The notes beneath the pieces are model-generated. The model was not told the DNA's origin. It did no database searches and saw only the letters and a list, made by a program, of their open reading frames with translations. A stretch of DNA of 24,000 nt from Halopelagius inordinatus (GTDB lineage Archaea; Halobacteriota; Halobacteria; Halobacteriales; Haloferacaceae): contig NZ_FOOQ01000002.1 in assembly GCF_900113245.1 (NCBI RefSeq), positions 632,881 to 656,880 of the forward strand, read 5' to 3'. The translations under genes and the position numbers were made by a program. The stretch's first letter is position 1. Each line of letters begins with the position of its first letter. Below are positions 15,036-22,367 of this stretch, piece after piece.

Positions 15036-15272
15036 GTGAGCACACACATCCGCACACCCGCAGAGACCGAATCGAGAACCGAGACACGACCGACCGGCCA
15101 GAGAGACGCGAGCGGCGAGCGTGAGATTCCGAACGCCGCGGACGCCGACGATGTCGCAGACGACGTTCGCTCGCGAATGGACCGCTGTCAGCGTCAGTTC
15201 TCTTCGACCGACACGCGCCGCCTCCGGAACCTCGCCGACGAGGCGAACGAGTCGATGCCGAACCCCGAGTGA
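15036..15272 (+). CDS. Questionable small hypothetical ORF (78 codons, GTG start)
   Basis: It is the only open frame in a 480-bp gap that is not obvious Arg junk. GC3 is about 78% by my hand count and is higher in the second half. I recognise no motif, and the start is uncertain. Confidence 0.3.
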   Translation: MSTHIRTPAETESRTETRPTGQRDASGEREIPNAADADDVADDVRSRMDRCQRQFSSTDTRRLRNLADEANESMPNPE

Positions 15273-15338
15273 CCGGTCCCACGGAGCGACAGTCGCCGCG
15301 ACCGAAACCGTAAGTTGTCCGGGGGTCGGTGTGTGCGT

Positions 15339-16058
15339 ATGCGACTGGCACGCGTCCGGACGCCGGACGGCATCCGAACCGGCGAGTACGACGACGGAAC
15401 GGTCACGTCCGACGGGGACACGTACGACGTAGACGACGGGGACGCGACGCTTCTGGCGCCCTGCGAACCGTCGGCGTGTTACTGCGTCGGCCGGAACTTC
15501 GCGGCGACGTTGGACCAGATGGACTACGACCGACCGGACGAACCGGACTGGTTCATCAAACCGCCCGTCTCGGTCCGCGACCCAGAGACGCCCGTGGCGT
15601 ACCCCTCGTGGACCGAGGAACTCACCTACGCCGGTGAGTTGGCGGCGGTCATCGACCGCGAGTGCCACGATATCGGTGAAAGCGAGGTCGACGACGTGGT
15701 TCGCGGCTACACCGTTCTGAACGACTTGGACGCCCTCGACCAACCGGGCCGAACCGCGCGGAAGGCGTTCGACGACTCGGCACCGTTGGGTCCGTGGATA
15801 GAGACGGACGTGGACCCCTCGGACATCGAGATGACGACGCACGTCGGCGGCGAACTCCGCCAAGAGGCGACGACGAAACAGATGCTGTTTTCGCCCGCCG
15901 AAGTGGTGTCGTTCCTCTCGGAGCGCTACACGTTCCGTCCCGGCGACGTCGTCTCGTTCGGCAGTCCGGCGAACCCCGGACTCGTCGAACCGGGCGACGA
16001 CGTCGAAATCTGGTACGAGGGCGTCGGAACGCTTCGGAACACGATAGTCGAGGCGTAG
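15339..16058 (+). CDS. Fumarylacetoacetate hydrolase (FAH) family protein
   Basis: I use the internal ATG (MRLARVRTPDG...) of track ORF 15315..16058. FAH-fold blocks are present: CVGRNF, YAGELAAVI, GYTVLNDL, MLFSPAEVVSFLS and FRPGDVVSFGSP. Confidence 0.9.
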   Translation: MRLARVRTPDGIRTGEYDDGTVTSDGDTYDVDDGDATLLAPCEPSACYCVGRNFAATLDQMDYDRPDEPDWFIKPPVSVRDPETPVAYPSWTEELTYAGELAAVIDRECHDIGESEVDDVVRGYTVLNDLDALDQPGRTARKAFDDSAPLGPWIETDVDPSDIEMTTHVGGELRQEATTKQMLFSPAEVVSFLSERYTFRPGDVVSFGSPANPGLVEPGDDVEIWYEGVGTLRNTIVEA

Positions 16059-16157
16059 CCCGTCGGTTCGGGTCGCCGGCGGGAGAGCGGAACCGAGTCA
16101 CACCGGACCGGCGAGACAGAACGGTAACGGACTTGCCCTCCCGGGGAGTACCACCGC

Positions 16158-16237
16158 GTGGCCGATGACGACGGCACCGCTCCGAGCGGGGTGGCACCCG
16201 CGGTGACGAGCCCTATGAGTGCCGAGGCCGACTTCTC
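16158..16237 (+). repeat. Copy A of an ~80-bp diverged direct repeat
   Basis: It shares perfect blocks with copy B in the same order: tggccg, gacggcaccgctccga (16 nt), cccgcggtgacga (13 nt), ccgag and ccgactt. Confidence 0.7.
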
Positions 16238-16436
16238 ACCGACGCTCAGCCCCGTCGATGTCCGTGACGTGCTTTCAGCCGCTGATTCGCCTCGTCGTCT
16301 CTCACGTTCTTCCAGTACGTTCGGGAGACGAGTGCGGCCTCACGTTCGTTCGAGTCGACCCAGTACACCGACTCTCCGGTCAACGCCGTGAGAACCGACC
16401 GCCAGCAGGACTTAATGGGGACGGCCCGACCATCGA

Positions 16437-16682
16437 GTGATGACAGTCACGTTCACCGACGACGACGAAGGCAAAGAGGTCGTCGACGCCAGCGGAAACA
16501 CGCTCGGACTCGTCACGGAGATAGACGGCGAGACGGCGTACGTCGACCCCGACCCGAGTCTCACGGACACCATCAAGGCCGATATCGGCTGGTCTGACTC
16601 CGACTCGGACGCGTACACCGTCGACGCGAGCGCAGTCGAGACGAAGGCGTCGGAGAAACTGCACCTGCGCGGCAACCTGTAG
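16437..16682 (+). CDS. PRC-barrel domain protein (small haloarchaeal type)
   Basis: The 81-aa acidic ORF reads MMTVTFTDDDEGKEVVDASGNTLGLVTEIDGETAYVDPDPSLTD...LHLRGNL. This pattern is typical of the abundant short haloarchaeal PRC-barrel proteins. A TATA-like cttaatg lies at 16411-16417. Confidence 0.75.
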   Translation: MMTVTFTDDDEGKEVVDASGNTLGLVTEIDGETAYVDPDPSLTDTIKADIGWSDSDSDAYTVDASAVETKASEKLHLRGNL

Positions 16683-16733
16683 CGACCGACGGACGAAGGG
16701 AGACCACCGACCGAAGCGCCGATTACTCCGAAG

Positions 16734-16812
16734 ATGGCCGGTGGTTCGGCGACGGCACCGCTCCGATGGAGGCCCCGCGGTGACGAACTACGACTACCGA
16801 GACCGACTTTTT
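16734..16812 (+). repeat. Copy B of the ~80-bp diverged direct repeat, ending in a T5 run
   Basis: See copy A. It ends in ttttt (16808-16812), which could terminate the PRC-barrel transcript. Confidence 0.7.
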
Positions 16813-16863
16813 GTCGCGGCGCAATCGTAGCCGGACCGAGAATTCGAGGTCGGATCCGAGCCG

Positions 16864-18318
16864 TCAGTCGTCGGCTACCACCGGCGACTCTGCGGGGTCC
16901 GAGTCCGCCGCCCCGTCGTACCGCCCGCTGAAGAGCGTCGTCGCGAACAGGAGGAGCGGCGAGAGGAACCCGAAGAAGTAGTACGGGGCGTACGCGAACG
17001 TTCCCACGCCGAAGACGGCGGACATGTAGACTGCGCCGGCGTGCCACGGGAACAGCGCCCCCGTCGGAGTGCCCGCGGATTCGATAGCTCGCGAGAGGTC
17101 GTCACCCTCCAGTCCGTACTCGTCGTAGAGGTTCCGGAGGGTGAGCCCCGGGACGACGATGCTCATGTACTGCTGGGCGGAGAACGCATTGACGAGGATG
17201 GCCGAGACGCCGGTCCCGGCGACCAGGCTGCGCGGGCCGCGGACGGCCGACGCGAGCGAGTGAGCGAGCACGGCGAGGGCACCGGTTCGTTCGAGGAGTC
17301 CGCCGAGTGCGAGCGCCGCGACGACGACCGAGATGGTCCAGGCCGACCCGGAGAGGCCGCCGCTGGCCAGCAGGTCGTTCACGAGCGACATCCCCGTCTC
17401 GGGAGCCGTCCCTTCGAGGAAAACCCCCCAAGAGGCGGTGAACGAACGGCCCTGGACGAGAATCGTGGTGAAGGTTCCGGCGAAGACGCCCGCGACAAGC
17501 GTCGGGAGCGCGGAGACGCCGTAGAGCGCCAGGCCGAAGGTGACGACGAGCGGTACGAAGACGAGCACGGAGAGGTCGTACGTCCCGGCGAGAGCGCTCT
17601 GGATTTCGGCGACGCGCCCGGCGGGAATCGCCTCTCCCGCACGCAGGCCCAAGAGGGCGTAGAGTACGACCGAGAGGCCGAAAGCCAGAATCGTTCCGTT
17701 GCGCATCGCGCGGATGTGGTCGTACAGGTCGGTGTTGGTCACCGCCGCCGCGAGGTTCGTCGTGTCCGAGAGGGGTGACTGTTTGTCGCCCGCGTACGCG
17801 CCCGAGAGAATGGCCCCCGCGGTCATCGGGGCGGGCACGCCGAGGCCCGAGCCGATGCCGATGAACGCGACGCCGAGCGTCCCCGCCGTCGTCCACGAGG
17901 ACCCGATGGAGAAGGCGACGGCCATCGCGAGCAGCGCCGTCGCCGGGAGGAATACCTCCGGCGTCAACACCGAGAGCCCGTAGTACATGAGTCCGGGAAT
18001 CGTTCCGGCGCTGATCCACGTCGCGATGAGCGCGTAGATGACGAACAGGATGAGGATGGCCTGTAAGCCCATCAACAGGCTGTCGGCCACTCCCTCGTAG
18101 AGGTCGTCCCACGAGTAGCCGAGCCAGTACTTACCCACCGCGCCGGTCAGCACGATACTCCAGAGGAGCGGCCCGTGAGGGGCCAGTTTCAGATAGCCGG
18201 AGCCGACGCCGAGAAACAGGACGACCCCGAGAACGGGGACCAACGCCTGCACGAGACTCGGCCGCCGTTCCGCCGGGATGTCCTCGTACGTCAGTGGTTC
18301 GAAATTTGGAGACGGCAC
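16864..18318 (-). CDS. nhaC: Na+/H+ antiporter NhaC family
   Basis: The 484-aa polytopic membrane protein has a GTG start. NhaC-like blocks are present: AILILFVIYALIATWISAGTIPGLMYYG, SIGSSWTTAGTLGVAFIGIG and SGAYAGDKQSPLSDTTNLAAA. Confidence 0.9.
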   Translation of the reverse strand: MPSPNFEPLTYEDIPAERRPSLVQALVPVLGVVLFLGVGSGYLKLAPHGPLLWSIVLTGAVGKYWLGYSWDDLYEGVADSLLMGLQAILILFVIYALIATWISAGTIPGLMYYGLSVLTPEVFLPATALLAMAVAFSIGSSWTTAGTLGVAFIGIGSGLGVPAPMTAGAILSGAYAGDKQSPLSDTTNLAAAVTNTDLYDHIRAMRNGTILAFGLSVVLYALLGLRAGEAIPAGRVAEIQSALAGTYDLSVLVFVPLVVTFGLALYGVSALPTLVAGVFAGTFTTILVQGRSFTASWGVFLEGTAPETGMSLVNDLLASGGLSGSAWTISVVVAALALGGLLERTGALAVLAHSLASAVRGPRSLVAGTGVSAILVNAFSAQQYMSIVVPGLTLRNLYDEYGLEGDDLSRAIESAGTPTGALFPWHAGAVYMSAVFGVGTFAYAPYYFFGFLSPLLLFATTLFSGRYDGAADSDPAESPVVADD

Positions 18319-18344
18319 GTGTACCGCGAAGTAATAACTGAAAG

Positions 18345-18352
18345 GTATTAAA
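18345..18352 (-). promoter_or_regulatory. TATA box for nhaC
   Basis: The + strand reads gtattaaa (TTTAATAC on the minus strand), 27-34 nt upstream of GTG 18318. It lies inside the most AT-rich island of the window. Confidence 0.5.
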
Positions 18353-18530
18353 CAGCCGGATTTTATTCTTCGGGAGCATCAATACTGGTACCACACCGCA
18401 CGCTCTACGAGGGAGCCGAGAGTGCTGGTGCCTCGTCGAGAGAGTCTGAGTGGAACCGAGGAGGAGACGGACGGCTGAGAGACGTCTCCGCACTCTTAGG
18501 CGGAGCCGATCGGCCCGGAACGCGACGGTT

Positions 18531-18872
18531 CTACTCGTCGTCGGACTTACCGGGCCACGTCACGGAGCCGAGAAACGGGACGCCGGTCTCTTCTGCCGCC
18601 TGCGATATCATGTGCGCGCCGGTCGGTACCGTCAAGAAGAGAAAGACGATGCCGATGAGCGACGAGAGCCCGGCACCCCCGGGGCCGAAGTACGCGAACC
18701 CGGCCAGAAAGATCGAAACCGTCCCGATGGTCGCCGGTTTGCTCGTCGCGTGCATCCGGTTGTAGACGTTCGGTAGCCGCAACAGACCGATCGTCCCGAC
18801 CGTGAGGAAGAACGACCCGACGACGACCAGACCCGCGACTATCACGGTCCGTACCGCTTCCAGTTCGACCAT
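18531..18872 (-). CDS. mrpG: Mrp/Mnh cation:proton antiporter subunit G
   Basis: The 113-aa ORF has the MnhG signature LLRLPNVYNRMHATSKPATIG and three TM helices. It is the last gene of the mrp operon. Confidence 0.85.
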   Translation of the reverse strand: MVELEAVRTVIVAGLVVVGSFFLTVGTIGLLRLPNVYNRMHATSKPATIGTVSIFLAGFAYFGPGGAGLSSLIGIVFLFLTVPTGAHMISQAAEETGVPFLGSVTWPGKSDDE

Positions 18873-18947
18873 CAGGGGTCGCCTCCGGTATCCCGCCGAC
18901 TCGTCGGAACGGTCCGTCGCGTTCGGTGTTCGTGGTACATGCAGTGG

Positions 18948-19253
18948 TCACTCCTGTGTAACGATGATGTCGCCTTCGGTGACGAACTTGGCAACCGCGA
19001 CCGTAGAGAGGAACGCGATTATCGCGAGGACGAGGCTGACGGTCACGAACAGACCCCGGCCGGTCTTGATGGCGAACAGGACGGCGATGGCGACGACGTT
19101 CGTCGCGATGGCGTCGAGTGCGACCACGCGGTCGGGGATCGTCGGCCCGCGGACCACGCGGTAGCCGCACAGCAGGTTCAACACCACCACGAGGACGATT
19201 GCGGCGTCTACGACCGCCACTATCGTCCCGCCCTCAGCGACCATCGTCGTCAC
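18948..19253 (-). CDS. mrpF: Mrp/Mnh antiporter subunit F
   Basis: The 101-aa ORF has three TM helices and the block YRVVRGPTIPDRVVALDAI, typical of MnhF. Its position in the operon fits. Confidence 0.85.
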   Translation of the reverse strand: MTTMVAEGGTIVAVVDAAIVLVVVLNLLCGYRVVRGPTIPDRVVALDAIATNVVAIAVLFAIKTGRGLFVTVSLVLAIIAFLSTVAVAKFVTEGDIIVTQE

Positions 19254-19911
19254 CTCCCGTCTCTTCCTCGGCCGCCTCGGCCGACGGTTCGGCCCCCGTC
19301 TCTGACTCGCTCTCGGAGTCGGGAAGCGCCTGTTCGAGGACGGGGTGCGTCTGGTCCGGCGGGTAGACGGCGAAATCCGGCGCGGGGTCGCCCGGCGACA
19401 GTTCCTCGTCGAAGATGGCGAGCGCGTAGTCCTCCCAGTCGCGAATCGGGTCGACTATCTCTTCGGGCTCTCTCCCGTCGATGACGTGGACGTACAGGGC
19501 GTTCTCCGTCGGGTCGTAGTCGAGCGTGAGCGATCCGGGCGTCATCGTGATGCTGTTTGCGATGGTGGTCACGCCGAGGTCCGTCCGCACCCGCAGGGGG
19601 ATGAGTATTATCTCGGGTTCGATCGGCGGTTCCGAGAGCGCGAGCACGCGGTACGTGACGTCGAGACTGGAGATGATGGCCTCCCTGATGAACGTTAGCA
19701 TGTACAGAACCGCGTACGGGAGGCCGCGGAACGACCGCCGGAGGGTGAGCGTATCCTCGTACAGGCGACGGAAGAGGTAGGCCATGGGGAATCCGACCGC
19801 GAGGCCGACCAGTAGCGACCCGACGACCGGTTCGGGTTCGAGCGGTGGTCCGTCGACGAACACCCAGATGATCCCGAACAGGACGCCGGCGACCGGCCAA
19901 CTCCGCGTCAT
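19234..19911 (-). CDS. mrpE: Mrp/Mnh antiporter subunit E with a long acidic C-terminal extension
   Basis: The 225-aa ORF has the MnhE block TTIANSITMTPGSLTLD. The last ~65 residues are Asp/Glu/Pro-rich. Its 3' end overlaps the mrpF start by 20 nt. Confidence 0.85.
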   Translation of the reverse strand: MTRSWPVAGVLFGIIWVFVDGPPLEPEPVVGSLLVGLAVGFPMAYLFRRLYEDTLTLRRSFRGLPYAVLYMLTFIREAIISSLDVTYRVLALSEPPIEPEIILIPLRVRTDLGVTTIANSITMTPGSLTLDYDPTENALYVHVIDGREPEEIVDPIRDWEDYALAIFDEELSPGDPAPDFAVYPPDQTHPVLEQALPDSESESETGAEPSAEAAEEETGGDDDGR

Positions 19912-21524
19912 GCGCTCTCACCTCCGTGTAACCCCACTACGTCGACGTAGGCATCGCTATCGACGGCGGCGTTCGCTGCCGTCTCGGCGAATCGGTAGAC
20001 CGGGTCGAACCCGACGCCGACGAGGACGACGGCCGCCGCGAGTGCGACGATGACCGCTATCTGTCCGGGCTTGACGGTCGCTGTTTCGACCGCCCGCGTC
20101 TCGGACCCCCAAAAGCCCCCGGCCCACACTCGCGTCGTGTACAGAATCGTGAGCACGGCGCCGAGGAGCAACGCGACGAGCGAAACCGCCGACAGCGTCC
20201 GGGAACCGGACGCGAGTCCCCGAACCGCCGCGTCGAACGTGAGGAACTTCCCGAAAAAGCCGGTCAGCGGCGGGAGACCCACGAGCGAGAGGAGGCCGAC
20301 GAAGACGGCCCCCGAGAGCACCGGCGAGCGACCGGCGACGCCGCCGAGTTTTCGCAGGTCGTCCGTTCCGGTCGCATCCTGGACGGCGGCCGCAGAGAGA
20401 AAGAGAAGCCCCTTCGCGAGCGCGTGGTGGAGCGCGAACACCAGCGCGGCCGCGATGGCGACTCCGCGGAGCGTCCCCCCGGGGTCGGCGGCCGCGGCGA
20501 CGGCGACGGCGATGGCGATGAATCCGACCTGTCCGACGCTCGAATACGCGAACACGCCCTGCAGTCGGTTCTGACCGACGGCCCCGAACCCGCCGACGAC
20601 GATGCTCGCCGCTCCCATCGCCGCCAACACCGGCGCGAGGAAAGCGAGAGGTGACGACCCGGCGATACCGAGTACGTCTACGGAGACGGGCGTGACCGCA
20701 AAGACCGTAAAGTAGAGGCGGACGACGGCGTACATACCGACCTTCTTCGTGACGCCCGCGAACATCGCGGTGATCGGCGGCGGGGCGGCGGTGTAGGCGG
20801 CGGGCACCCAAAACTGGAAGGGGACGAGACCGGCCTTCAGCGCGAACACCGCCAAGAGCAGAGCCGACAGGCCGACGACGGCCGCGGGGTCGATGCCGTA
20901 CGCCGCGGGAGTGGCTAACCGCCGGGCCATGTCGGCCATGTTGAGCGTGCCCGTCGTGGCGTACAAGCCGCCGATGGCCACGAGCATGAGTGCGCTCCCG
21001 AAGACGTTCATCACGAGATAGCGGAACGACGCCGCGGTGGCGAGACTGGTGCCGTAGAAGGCGACGAACACGTAACTGACGATGAGCATCACCTCGAACC
21101 AGACGAACAGGTTGAACAGGTCGCCGGTGAGGAACGCGCCGGTCACGCCCACCAAGAGCAGGTGGAAAAGCGGGTGGTAGTACACCCGCTGGTTCTCGGG
21201 CGTCACGTACCGAACCGAGAACAGCATCGACGCGAGTCCGATGCCCGCGGCGATAGTCAGCATGAACGCCGACAGCCCGTCGAGGACGAGGGTGATTCCG
21301 AAGGGGGCGGACCAATCGCCCACCTGATAGGCCGCCGCGCCGGGAGCGGTCGGCGCGAGAACGACCGCCCAGACGGCACCGAACACGGTCGCGGCGTAGC
21401 CGACGGCACCGGCGACGCTCGTCGCGCGCTGTACTCGCGGTCGTCGGCCGAGCGCGAGTGTGAGCACGGCGGTTCCGAGCACGATTAGCAACGGCGCGAT
21501 GACGAGCAGGCTCATCGTATCCAC
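19908..21524 (-). CDS. mrpD: Mrp/Mnh antiporter subunit D (NuoN/NuoM-like proton-conducting subunit)
   Basis: The 538-aa polytopic ORF has NDH-1 antiporter-like blocks FNLFVWFEVMLIVSY, KAGLVPFQFWVPAAY and YSSVGQVGF. Its stop overlaps the mrpE start by 4 nt. Confidence 0.9.
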   Translation of the reverse strand: MDTMSLLVIAPLLIVLGTAVLTLALGRRPRVQRATSVAGAVGYAATVFGAVWAVVLAPTAPGAAAYQVGDWSAPFGITLVLDGLSAFMLTIAAGIGLASMLFSVRYVTPENQRVYYHPLFHLLLVGVTGAFLTGDLFNLFVWFEVMLIVSYVFVAFYGTSLATAASFRYLVMNVFGSALMLVAIGGLYATTGTLNMADMARRLATPAAYGIDPAAVVGLSALLLAVFALKAGLVPFQFWVPAAYTAAPPPITAMFAGVTKKVGMYAVVRLYFTVFAVTPVSVDVLGIAGSSPLAFLAPVLAAMGAASIVVGGFGAVGQNRLQGVFAYSSVGQVGFIAIAVAVAAAADPGGTLRGVAIAAALVFALHHALAKGLLFLSAAAVQDATGTDDLRKLGGVAGRSPVLSGAVFVGLLSLVGLPPLTGFFGKFLTFDAAVRGLASGSRTLSAVSLVALLLGAVLTILYTTRVWAGGFWGSETRAVETATVKPGQIAVIVALAAAVVLVGVGFDPVYRFAETAANAAVDSDAYVDVVGLHGGESA

Positions 21525-21856
21525 TCTGTGACATCCATGGTTTCGTTCTCCTCGTACGCGCGGTACGACAGGACGAGCGCCAACGCGGTCGTCCCGAAGC
21601 TGATGACGATCGCGGTCAAGACGAGCGCCTGCACGACGGGGTCCGCCACCTCCGGAACCCCGCCGCCGTGGGTTTCGAGGACGGGCACGAGGTCGAAAGA
21701 GCCCTCTTTGACGCCGCCCATCGCGATGAGGTAGACGAACGTGGCCTGAGAGACGGCGGCGACTCCCAAGACGACCCGCACCAGGTCCCGGCGCAACAGC
21801 AGGAAGGTTCCGACGGCGAACAACCCGCCGACCGTAGCCGCGAGTACGGCGCTCAT
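21512..21856 (-). CDS. mrpC: Mrp/Mnh antiporter subunit C (NuoK-like)
   Basis: The 114-aa ORF has three TM helices, a NuoK-like pattern (LLLRRDLVRVVLG, ALVLTAIVISF) and a fitting operon position. Confidence 0.85.
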   Translation of the reverse strand: MSAVLAATVGGLFAVGTFLLLRRDLVRVVLGVAAVSQATFVYLIAMGGVKEGSFDLVPVLETHGGGVPEVADPVVQALVLTAIVISFGTTALALVLSYRAYEENETMDVTEWIR

Positions 21857-21902
21857 CGGCTATCGCCTCCGCGTCGGGCGGGCGGCGTCTCCGTGCGTCG
21901 GG

Positions 21903-22367
21903 TCATTCGCCGCTCACCACCGAGATGATGGTCAGGAGGCTGCCGACGACGACGAGGAACACGCCCAAGTCGAACACGAGCGCGCTCGCGAGTTCGACCT
22001 CGTGGTAGATGGGGACGTGCTCGAAGTGGACGTACGTCTGTGTCAAGAACGGGTCGCCGACGAGGATTCCGGCGACGCCGCTGCCGACGACGACGGCCAA
22101 CCCGGCGAGCAACATGCGACGGTAGGCGGTGACCGTCCGGTGCTCGAAGATGCTGGTTCCGGGGTCGACGTCTCTGTCGAGCACGTCCGACTCCAGGTAG
22201 TCGAGGTCGTAGGCGACGTAGATGAGCACGAACGCCGTCGTGGTGAGGACGCCGCCGATGAACCCGCCGCCGGGGAGGTTGTGTCCCTGCAGGAAGAGCC
22301 AAATCGAGAGGACGAGTACGATGGGGACGGTCACCCGAATCGTCGTCCGCGTGATCGTCGTCGTCAC
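21903..22367 (-). CDS. mrpB: Mrp/Mnh antiporter subunit B
   Basis: The 154-aa ORF has the MnhB block LQGHNLPGGGFIGGV. It overlaps the mrpA stop by 4 nt. Confidence 0.85.
   Translation of the reverse strand: MTTTITRTTIRVTVPIVLVLSIWLFLQGHNLPGGGFIGGVLTTTAFVLIYVAYDLDYLESDVLDRDVDPGTSIFEHRTVTAYRRMLLAGLAVVVGSGVAGILVGDPFLTQTYVHFEHVPIYHEVELASALVFDLGVFLVVVGSLLTIISVVSGE

Noticed and set aside
13357-15863. A 497-aa minus ORF antisense to the SHOCT and AKR genes, and a 315-aa minus ORF 14916..15863 antisense to FAH
   Set aside because: These are high-GC shadows. The sense frames carry clear AKR and FAH motifs.
18463-18489. The hairpin ggagacg-N13-cgtctcc, 45 nt downstream of the mrpG stop, considered as an operon terminator
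   Set aside because: It is only a 7-bp stem with a 13-nt loop, and no T-run follows on the minus strand. Stems of this size arise easily by chance in 65% GC DNA.
21372-21411. Two extra occurrences of gacggcaccg inside mrpD, matching the start of the 16-nt repeat block
   Set aside because: These are only 10-nt matches inside a GC-rich coding region, and the rest of the repeat is absent. They are consistent with chance.
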